Source: Cercozoa sp. M6MM
Taxonomy: Eukaryota > Protista > Endomyxa: Ascetosporea
Direction: 5' to 3' (one strand)
Length of the DNA stretch: 36,478 bases
NCBI GenBank assembly: GCA_040357565.1
Contig: JBDODJ010000115.1
Shown here: positions 10,176 to 19,632 of the stretch, piece after piece
Numbering within the stretch: the stretch's first letter is position 1
Layout of the letters: every line of letters starts with the position of its first letter
Notes under the pieces: model-generated
Databases searched by the model: none
The model's input: only the letters and a program-made list of their open reading frames with translations
Told to the model about the DNA's origin: nothing
Made by a program: the position numbers and the translations under genes

Positions 10176-10896
10176 ATGTCTGTGTTGGACGAAATCGCCG
10201 CGGAGATTGGTCTGTCGCTGATGTCGCAGGAGGAGACGATGCGAGACGACGACGAGGGCGAGGGTCAGACCGAATCCAAGCAGGCCGAAACGAGCGTTGA
10301 GCCAACTGGGTTTGAGTTCGACGCCTCCACAATGTCGGAGGTTATTCTCGGTCAAGTCACTTCCGTCATGCAGTCCGAGAAGACGATTGTTGTGCGCGCA
10401 CTGCCGGATGCGCCGCTGCTGGACGTCAAGTCGGCCATCACGCTCGACTCGGCGCCGCTGGCTCGCGTGAGCGACGTGCTGGGCCAGTTGTCGTCGCCGA
10501 TCTACACGGCCGTACTGGTGGTGCCACTCACGCCGGACCTTCTGGAGAAACTTCGCGACGGTGCCCTCGTGTCGACGGTGCCGCAGCTCGCGCAGACTGT
10601 CGCTACCGACTCACTCGATGTCGAAGGCATCGACGAAGACCGTACCTTCATTCCCTCCCTGTGTTTACAATGATGATGACTATATTACCACGTTGCGTGC
10701 AGCCGAGATGCCGAACGAAATGTTTGAGGATGCCAAACCGCCGCAGCAGCAGCGCAAGGAACGCAGGGGGAAACACTCGCAGCGCGGCCGACGCGGAAAG
10801 CCGCGCCGAGGACGCGGTTCCAGAAGAGGACGTCTTATCACGGGCACTGCCGTTGCTGGCAACGCAAGCTTCGGCCTCTTTTCGCTCGACGTGTAG
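10176..10896 (+). CDS. NAF1: H/ACA RNP assembly factor NAF1 (Gar1/Naf1 domain)
   Basis: LGQVTSVMQSEKTIVVRA...LLDVKSAI...LARVSDVLGQLSSPIY...VPQLAQTV follows the Gar1/Naf1 beta-barrel pattern. Acidic N-terminus. One phase-1 intron (gtacct...gtgcag) leads to an RG-rich last exon. Confidence 0.8.
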
Positions 10897-11096
10897 CTCC
10901 ATCGGCTCCGCACGCACTGGCCAGTCCATGTCGGATCGGATTCCGTCTACCAATCGTATTCGTCGATCCGATTCATTGATTTATCAGTATCTCACGTAGC
11001 TTACTCATCGTTACTTACCGTACGTACATAACGGATTTAGGATACAACCAATCCCGTCTGTTTATTCAATGCCCTAATTAAAATTATTCTACTCGA

Positions 11097-13070
11097 CTAC
11101 CTTGACCGAGCCTCAGAGCCGGAACCCTTGAGTGTGTCGGAACTGAGAGTATCGCAGTCGTCGTCAGGGGCAGGTGCCACCTGGCACTGCCAGAGCTTGA
11201 CGTCGCCGTCCTCACTGGCACTCAACAGAACACGACGCTCGTCATGCCACTGCAAATCGACGATGGCGCCACTGTGCGCCTGCAGTTCGTCCACCGGCTG
11301 TCCCGTGGCGAGTGACCACAAGATCATCTAACACAGCACACACACATGGTATACTCGGATAAATTATGGGAAAAGACTATGTGTGTGTGTAGTAGAAAGT
11401 ACTCTGCCATCAAAGGTGCCAAGAACGAGCATGCCAATCGACTCGAGAACACCCAGTGCTGTCACAGGTCGCCTGGCACCGTCAAAGAAATGCTCCTGCA
11501 GGCGCGGTCGCGGCACTTTCTCCGGAGTGAAAGCTCCTGCCGCTGAGACCAGACAAGTCCACGCGGCGGCAGAGCAATCCTCTCCACCACTGTCGTTGCA
11601 TTCTCTCATTGAGTAAAACAAACAAACAAAAGCTGCCAAGACAATGTACCTGAAAAGCAAGCGCTGTCGTTTGGCCCACCTGACAGCTCGAACGGCTCCA
11701 ACGTGTCCACACAACTCTCCGACCACCTCGATTTCGCTTAGGCCTCCTGGCGAGCACAAGGGCGGCCTCAGCGAAACAATCACTCTGTTGTCAGGAGAAT
11801 ACCAAAATTAACAACATAAAGTCAACACAATGGTAGCAAAAGCGAGAGTACACTTTGTCCGTGCTGGTGCCGAGAAAAAGGCGCGATCCGATCGGATCGA
11901 AGGAAGAGCACAGGACCTGACAATCGTCGGCAATGACGGCTCTTTCTGTCCTTCGTATTTGTGTCAAGTCGGCGTTCAGCAGTGCCACAAAGCCCTTGAC
12001 TGAGACGCAGGAGACGCACTCGCGCACTTCGTCAAAAAAGACAGACTCGACGGCATGTCGCCAGAATCGCGTGCTGTGCAGCAGCGTGAAGCCTTTCTGC
12101 GCGTTCTGTTTCTCATTTTCCTGTCCTGTTTTCTGCCGATTTTTCTGTTCGTTTGGTCGTTGGGACGGTTCGCGTCTGTGTCGCTCTTGCAGTTCGTGTT
12201 TCGACAGACGGCCGTCTTGCGTTGTTATTCTGTAGGTGTTGATGCTGCCGTTGCTGGTGCCGACAACGAGGTCGTCCTGCTGCCAACACACGCAGGTGGG
12301 CACACTGTCGACGGCGAGACTGTGCGCGAGCTGCCACCGGTAGTTGCGAAAGCGCCACAGTGACACGTTGCCCTCGCTGCCTCGGCGACATGTCACGACC
12401 AGTCGGTCGCGACGCGAGTCGGCATCGAGTCTCCACGCCGTTCCTGTTATCGACTGCGACTGCCTCAACATCGCGATCGGGTGACTCGGCAGCGAGCCGT
12501 ACGCACCGTTGGCACACACGTTGAATCGCGGACAGTTTTCTGCAGGCACAGCTTGTTTCTCAAAGCCAAAGGACTCAAAACTCAAAACAAAAACAAAAAC
12601 AAACTGACTACCTGGAACACGAAGGAACTGTAGCAAGGCGCGTGATCGACAAAGTTCTGGTGCCGCAATCACCGACGAAATGAACATATCGAGGCCCTGC
12701 CGCCGTTTCTCAACAAAAGCACTGTCGTGACTGACTCGGAACCACGTTTTTGGCGGCAACGGCGGCACGTGACTGCCCATTCGCGCGAGCGCTTTCGCCT
12801 GCTCACACCCCAGTAAACTACCACATCAAAAATAATCAGACAGAGACAGGTGATGAATCGCACGAGTGCATCAAATTCACTGAAGCGGTGTGAGATCGAC
12901 CACGAAAAACGCTGGTTCCATGTCACCACAACAACGAACCTGCAAGGCACACACAAAAGCTGAACTGGAAAGTCATCTTCAAAAACAGCGAACACTGTTG
13001 CGGCCTTGTCGCGCCGCGCGACTGCTACGTGCGCCTTTAGCGGAAGAGACTCCCGCAAGTCGACGCTCAT
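11097..13070 (-). CDS. PX-domain + WD40-repeat protein
   Basis: PX motifs SWSISHRFSEFDAL, PPLPPKTWF and FVEKRRQGLDMFI. WD40 repeats GHVGAVRAVRW, SGGEDCSAAAW and AHSGAIVDLQW...LLSASEDGDVKLW. Several GT-AG introns. Confidence 0.85.
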
Positions 13071-13418
13071 AGCACCTAACACCCTGGCCCTGGTGACCTG
13101 AAACCAATTTCAGTCAAAATGGCGGATTTGACCACAAGTCAATATTTCATTTGACATCGAATGTCGGATAATATGTGGAGCTCGTTCGGTCTCTCAGCAC
13201 AACAAACAAAGCTTACCAGTGTTATTGCAGCATAGCACACACAGGGAGACCAGATTGAGTTCCTGGAGCCTTTATTTTTATTGTGCGCTCCGAGTACACT
13301 CTACTATCTCCGACAGCGGTGTGTGAAGTCTCGTGCCTGTGTTAGTTCAAGTGTACGAGGTGTGTTTTTCTGTGAGCAGAGTCTTGTTTTGCTGAAACTG
13401 ATTTACTTGTAGCACAAA

Positions 13419-14864
13419 ATGAATGTGGACGATGACGAATTTGAGGAGTTTCCGCTCGAGATCTCAGAGTACGCCGACTCGCTCGAAAAGGAATACGCGG
13501 AGCGACTACTTGATGTTGGTTTTGTTTTAGAAAGAGAAATTGCGTCGTAGCAGTACTTTTTGGGTGCAGGAACGGAAAAACGTGTGCAAGTTCTTCCTAA
13601 AAGGCACGTGCACGAAAGGCGACACCTGCCAGTTCCGTCATTCGACTGCAAAGGTGCATTTCCTGAGTACTTAGTGCGGTAGCTAAGACAGTGAAATTGT
13701 GTGCTGTAGGAGAAGACAATTGTGTGCAAGCACTGGCTGCGAGGATTGTGCAAGAAGGCCGATCAGTGCGAGTTCTTGCATGTGTACGACATGTCGCGCA
13801 TGCCAGTGTGCCACTTCTGGCAGCAGCAAGGTCGTTGCGGCAATCCAGACTGCACATTCCTTCATATGGATGAAGGTAGACTCTTTTACTCGTTCCAAAG
13901 CAGGGTAAAGAAACAATCAACTGTATGGCAGGAGAGCAACGGAGAGAGTGCCAGTGGTTTGCGCGCGGATTCTGCCGAAATGGACCGAACTGTACCGTGT
14001 GTCTGCGTTTCTTGTTTGTTTTGAATTGCTTCTCTTGCTTAGGCAAGCAACGACACGTGCTCAAGTCGCCTTGTCCGCTTTATTTGGCAGGCTTTTGTCC
14101 GCGCGGTCCATCATGCCCGTTTGGCCAGTGAGTCAGCAGCTTTTCTGTTTTCGTTTTGTTTTTGGGTGTGCGCTTTTGTGGTTGACTGACGGGTGTTGAC
14201 GCAGTCCAAAGTTCGAAGTGCCATCCAGTGACCTGCCGCCGATCTCTCACCGCGACTTCTTATGGACCGCCCCTTGTGCGTTCCCAACTTTGATTTTGAG
14301 CTATTGCTTTCTTTTGTACTGATAGGTGTGTGTGTGTACTTCAGTCTTGTGCACTCTGTGCGGACACAATGGTCATACGTCGTCTCATTGCACTCTGTGA
14401 GTCTCCTTTGTTTCAGTTTTTGGCAATGAGGAGGCTTGACACCTGTGTGCAGGCGAGGCAATGTGCAAGGCAAGCGGCCGCTGCACGAGGTGCAGTGTCA
14501 CAAGTGCGGCGAGTATGGCCACTACGCCAACATGTGCACCAACCTGCGCAAGCCGGGTCCGCACCAGCAAGGCCACGCGCGACAACGACAGCCGCACTGG
14601 CAGACGCACGCACATCAGCACACGCACGGGGCCGAGTACCCCGAGCAGCAGCCGCAGCAGCAGCAGCAGCAGCAGTACGCAGGTGGCAATGCGGCCTACC
14701 AGGCGGCTCCACCGAGCAACAGCTACGGTCACGCCTACCAGCAGCAGTCGCAACAAGACTACAGCAGTCATTACGGCAGTGCCTATCGCGGTCGGGGTCG
14801 TGGACGAGGTGGCTACCGTCCGCGCGGCCGTGGTCGAGGACGTGGCAACTTTCACCAATACTAG
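13419..14864 (+). CDS. CPSF4: Cleavage and polyadenylation specificity factor 30 kDa subunit (5 CCCH fingers, 2 CCHC knuckles, Q/RGG tail)
   Basis: VCKFFLKGTCTKGDTCQFRH, KTIVCKHWLRGLCKKADQCEFLH, CQWFARGFCRNGPNC, CPLYLAGFCPRGPSCPFGHPKFE, and knuckles CTLCGHNGHTSSHC and CHKCGEYGHYANMC. Confidence 0.95.
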
Positions 14865-15248
14865 CTACAGTTTTACAGGTTTTCAACAGCACCAACGTTA
14901 AATTTTGAGCCTGTGCTCATGTCGGTTCGCTGCCCAGCGTGTCGCGTCAGCCAGGTTTCTCACAACTGGGCAGCCGAGTCGATCGCGACCAAGGCAGTGC
15001 GTTTTCCGTTTGATCTGCACCGATCAGTCGCTATCGGTGCCCGAAGCCGGCGAGCAACGCGTAGAACATTCATTCTTGCGCTCAATCAGTGCGTTTAAGC
15101 ACGCTGGGAGATTGAAACGCCGAGAGCAGGTTGCACCGACGTTTGGTGATTTTGCCGCACGGTTTCAAGTTGGTGAGTATGTACCACGGATCATGTATCT
15201 CTAGTGAGTGCGTTATTGAGCTTACTTTTGTTACCTTCGTGGCAGCCT

Positions 15249-15302
15249 GAAAGATCGTAAAAGTACGTTGGCCACAAATTGGCGAAAGATCGTAAAAGTA
15301 CG
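15249..15302. repeat. 19-bp perfect direct repeat GAAAGATCGTAAAAGTACG x2 (35-bp period), possible promoter element
   Basis: Copies at 15249-15267 and 15284-15302, 26 bp upstream of ATG 15329. Confidence 0.8.
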
Positions 15303-15328
15303 ATAGATTGAAAACGGCTGGGGCAACG

Positions 15329-16451
15329 ATGCCGAAAAACCATTTGCGAAGATGGTGCGCCATTTGTGGCAGTAATCGTGTTAAGGTGAGTTCCCTCAGC
15401 AGGTTCATCCAGTTAGACTGAGCAATGTGGGCATCGTTTCTAGCCAGGAACCAAGGCATGCCAGCGATGTGTCACCTCACAAAGAAGGTATCGATATTCG
15501 AACCAATAATTTGCATCCTGCCAGAGTTTTCTTTGTCGTTTCCTCTTAGACCTTTCGGGAACCCGTGGTGCGGCGGATGCGGCGGTCGGAGAGCAGTCGC
15601 ACAAGCTGCCACGTTCTGCCAAAAGTGCAGCGACGCGATAGGTGACCATTTCAGTTTGTACAGTCTTCCATTGTGATAGAAAGAACTGCCGGCTCAGGCT
15701 TGAGTCCAAAAACGCAGTCCAAAGCGCCGACATCGCCGAGTGTGTCGTCGCTTGACATCTCAGCAAGGTGCTTTGTCTTTCCTTTTGGTCTACGCATATT
15801 ATTTTATGAAAGCTCCTTTCAACTAAGTTTATTGACATTGTTCTGATCGAAGACCGGACCCTGTTGCGGTGCGGAAGCGCATGCCACCGCCGCCGATTCC
15901 TCTTCCACGCACCCCTACGTCGCCTGCTGCGTAGTTTTCTTTCTTCATTTTTTTATCCCGTTACCTCTCTCTTGGGTAGTCCCATACCATCAGTCTCGCC
16001 GAGACCAATGCGATCGGTGCAGTTGCCAGCATCGCGCGTGCCACCGCCTGCGCCGACACGGAGTGTCATTCCGCCGCCTGCACCGACAAGAAGCAGCGTG
16101 CCACCTGTGCCTGCGAGAAAGAAAAGTGCCATTCCTCCCGTCGGTGGGAGGAGTGCGATTCCTCCCGTTCCTCCCCGAACGGTTCCTGTGCCACCCCGCA
16201 GTGCCGTGCCTCCTAGGTACACCCGTCATCGTTGACATACACTTCCCTATTTGACATCGGTCTTTTGCTGAAGGGCACCTTCCCACGTCGTGCCTCGTGT
16301 GCCACCGCGTGCTCCTGCAAGGTACATTCAACCCTCAGGTTTCAGAGAAATATGACTGGTTTATAGAGGACCACCGCCAGCGCCGATTCGCAGCGCAGTG
16401 CCGCCACGAGCGCCACCGCGTCCAAACCCTTTCACCAACCGCGGCTACTAG
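15329..16451 (+). CDS. Double zinc-ribbon + proline-rich (PxxPxR) protein ending in an NPF motif
   Basis: Seven phase-compatible GT-AG introns give MPKNHLRRWCAICGSNRVK|PGTKACQRC...PWCGGCGGRRAVAQAATFCQKC..., then PPVPARK, PPVPPRT, VPPRAP ... PPRPNPFTNRGY*. It is absent from the ORF track as one unit, and the start could be further upstream. Confidence 0.72.
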
Positions 16452-16562
16452 TCGCCTACGGTACAGTCCGTTGCCGTCCAGCCGCACACAAAAGATACGT
16501 CCACCCACGTGGTCCCATCATGTCAGTGGTAAATGACAATGTGAGGTGAGCTTGGGATCATG

Positions 16563-16776
16563 TTAATGTGACGTGACGTCACATTAATTTGAGCTACCAC
16601 ATTCTATGTGAGCTGGTGTCACATCATCACGTCATTCACCATGCTGTGAATTTTATTTAAGTTACACGATACTCCAGCGGGGAGCCGAGCGCGACGCTGC
16701 GGCTAGCGCTGGACTTGACTCGACTGCAGTCGAGTATGGTACGTACGGTGCTATTGTAGCACGGTACCGTACGTAC
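16563..16776. repeat. Cluster of perfect inverted repeats between convergent genes
   Basis: TTAATGTGACG-tga-CGTCACATTAA (16563-16587); 18-bp palindrome ACTCGACTGCAGTCGAGT (16718-16735); 11-bp arms GTACGTACGGT/ACCGTACGTAC (16739-16776). Confidence 0.85.
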
Positions 16777-16892
16777 TGTACTATCGAACGAAAATCGAAG
16801 AAACGAAAAGTTGCGTTCGTCAGTCAGTTTTCAGTTTTCAGTTTGCGTTGTTGCGTTGGTGCGTGTTGGGGGAGTCAACATAATCGATTAAC

Positions 16893-19370
16893 TTAATCGT
16901 CTTCCGTGAAGTAGATAACCCGGTGGTCCCTGCAAAACACACACATACACATACACACACACACCTCTTTCATTGAAACAAAAATCGATCGAATGCGTGT
17001 GTGTGGCACGGTACCTATCGTCGATGCGATGATCGGTGGCAGCAGCAGAAGCGAGGTTATCCATGTGCTCGGCGTCGGCATCGGAGAACTGCAATGACGG
17101 GAGAAAATGTTAAATCAAAAAGGGCAAAACTGGGAATGAAATACCGCTCTGGGTCGATGTCCGTATGCCATACTGAGCTCATCAGCGTCTCTGCAATCAA
17201 AACAAGTAAATTTAACCTCACAGCAAAAGAAGGCAGGAAAGAGCTGTGTACTCCTCCCCTGCTGCTCGTTCGTGCGTGTCCAACTCGTGAATATCATACT
17301 CTAGACACAGTGAATATTCCATCCTTTAAAGCACAGTGGGCACAGGGACTTGATTCTTGGTACCAGGCGTATGATGCACTTGGTTGCCATCATCGTCCAA
17401 AAGTCTCACATCGTTGCGACCATTTTGCAAAGCACCTGCAGGCCAAGCAAAAGAAAGTTAAGAGACCAAAAGGAAACTCAAGCAATCACTGTACGTCTTT
17501 GGCGAGTTTTGCGCGAAAGCGTCGGTTTCGGCATGGTTTCACCCACATCCTGCAGCACGTCACGCATGTTGGCCGCGCGGAAGATTGACCTGGAGTGAAG
17601 AAATACAAAAAAAAACACGGCTCGGATTTCCAAACAAACGGAACACACCGGAAAAACGGCTCAGCGAACGTGTTGGCATGTCCAGGGTCGTAAAAGTCCT
17701 TCACCTACAGCGGAAATCGTGTCAAAACAGAGTCTCGGGTGAGCTAAAGCTACCGGGAAGGCATAGCGGTGCGCCAACGCAGCCAAAAACATTTCGATAC
17801 AAATGATAAAATCTTGCAGCTGCTTGGCGATCTTGTCACCTGACCAAAGGCAAGACACGGCTATTGTGACCACACAAAGTCACAGAGATACACAGGGTAC
17901 CCTCCTCATGCTCATCGCCTAGAACACCGGCCGAGACGAGAATGGCCAGGGCGACTGATTGCCACCAGCTGTTGGAAAACACAGGTCAGTTGGAAAATAC
18001 CAAAATCACGAGACAAAGAGGGATACGTGAACATAATGACGGCTTTGATGCACATGAACTTGGCCACAGGGTTCAACGGGGCCAGCAGATCCTTGGTGCC
18101 TAGTCAGGGGGAGGGGTGGGGGTTGAATAGTAAGGAAGCGGGAACGGGGCTTAAAGTATAGCCTACCCAGGTAGAAGTAGGCCAGGCAGTAGAGCGCCCA
18201 CATCTGCGAGCAGTTTGTCAGCAGTGCCACGTAGAGGTAGCCGTCGTTGAACTTGAGGGCACCTAGAAGGTGTCGGGGTATCCCCCTAGGGTATCGGGTA
18301 TGTGGGTAATGTAAGAGGGTACCATCAGTATAGGCACCCGCCAGGGACAGAATGAGCGTCAGCGCAGCACAGAGGAGCTTGACTGGCACGTACTGCAGGA
18401 TGCCTGATCGGCCACAAGAGGAATTTTAGACCCTTTTGACCTTTCATTACCCCCCTCCTCCTGTTACCAAGTTTGTTCTTGGCGAGGAATTCGTCGCCCA
18501 TTCGCCATGGCGTTACACACCTGTGCGGATACCGTGTTTTAGCCCCCTTTTACCCTCTTTACACCTCTTGCCCCTTCACTCATTTTACTCCTTTACTCTC
18601 TCTTACCCCCCCCCCAGACAGTCATACCGAAGCGGGAAGATATGCCGCACGATCGGAAACTCTTGCAACGCACGCGCCAGCAGCGGCTCGCCTCCCACGA
18701 ACTAACCAATCAACGCATATTTACGATACCTTCTTCTACCCCCCCCAGAACGAAGGAGAAACAAAAACTACCTCGACGAGCATGAGGAAGAAGGAGTACA
18801 TGACGAACGCTTCGTAGAGGTCACGCAGCGTATCGAATACCTACGGGGAGGTGGGTTAAGAGGTAGGAGGAAAGAGGGTTAAGGAGGGGAGGGGTAAAAG
18901 GGGTAAGAGGTAGCAGTAAAGGGATAAAGGGGCAAAGAAGGGGAGGGGTAAAGCTACGATAGCACTGCTCGGGAAGCGCAGGCCGAGCCACGCCTGCAGC
19001 GCGTACACCGGCACCATCAGCAGGATACGCAGCACATGCTTGCGCATCACCTGTTCGCACATGTGTCGTATCATCTACCAAAGTGCCAACAACAAAAGGG
19101 TACCGGATTTTGATTAAAGATCGCATGTGTTCTGACTGCAACACAACGGAGAAACATGGTGGGGGAGGGGGGGGGGGGGGTTAAGTCAAATGGTACCATG
19201 GTGCAGTGTCAGAATCGTCGCAAGGAAGGCAAACACGCCGCCGATCCAACTGCGTTAGAACAGCACGTACCAATAGAAAGAGGTACAAAGAGGCCAATGA
19301 CACGAAAAGTGGGTCAACAACACGCCTGAGCAGAAACTTACAACAGCGTGTTTCCGATCTCGACTGCCAT
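16893..19370 (-). CDS. TMEM184: TMEM184 / organic solute transporter alpha-like membrane protein (~18 introns)
   Basis: RKHVLRILLMVPVYALQAWLGLRF, FDTLRDLYEAFVMYSFF, GILQYVPVK, NCSQMWALYCLAYFY, PVAKFMCIKAVIMFTWWQ and LQDFIICIEMFLAALAHRYAFP, all joined by GT-AG introns. Confidence 0.94.
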
Positions 19371-19632
19371 CTTTTTGGGCTGTGCGTTTTGTCGTCTTAC
19401 AGACAACTTTCTGCGCAGCACGCAGCCCTATTAACTTCGCACACACCACCTAACGGTCTAGATCTGCCGGTGATGCCAGCACCACAGCACCTCTTCGCTC
19501 GAGCCGGCAGCCGGTCTATTTGCGTTCAATCGACTCAAGGGCGCCGACTCAAGAAGAAGACTGTAACCGGTGTGATCACAGTAGAGAGTGCGATTAGACG
19601 CGCAGAGCACGTTACCCGTGATTATTTGTGCC

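Noticed and set aside
15249-15302. Mini CRISPR-like repeat-spacer-repeat
   Set aside because: Only two 19-bp units with a 16-nt spacer, in a eukaryotic context with no cas genes.
15082-15838. Minus-strand ORFs 15440..15838 and 15082..15459 as a gene
   Set aside because: The plus strand gives a coherent spliced zinc-ribbon/proline-rich protein over most of this interval, so these are probably shadow ORFs.
17001-17588. 195-aa plus-strand ORF with transposase-like words (YDALGCH)
   Set aside because: It is antisense to spliced TMEM184 3' exons and has no catalytic motif set or element ends.
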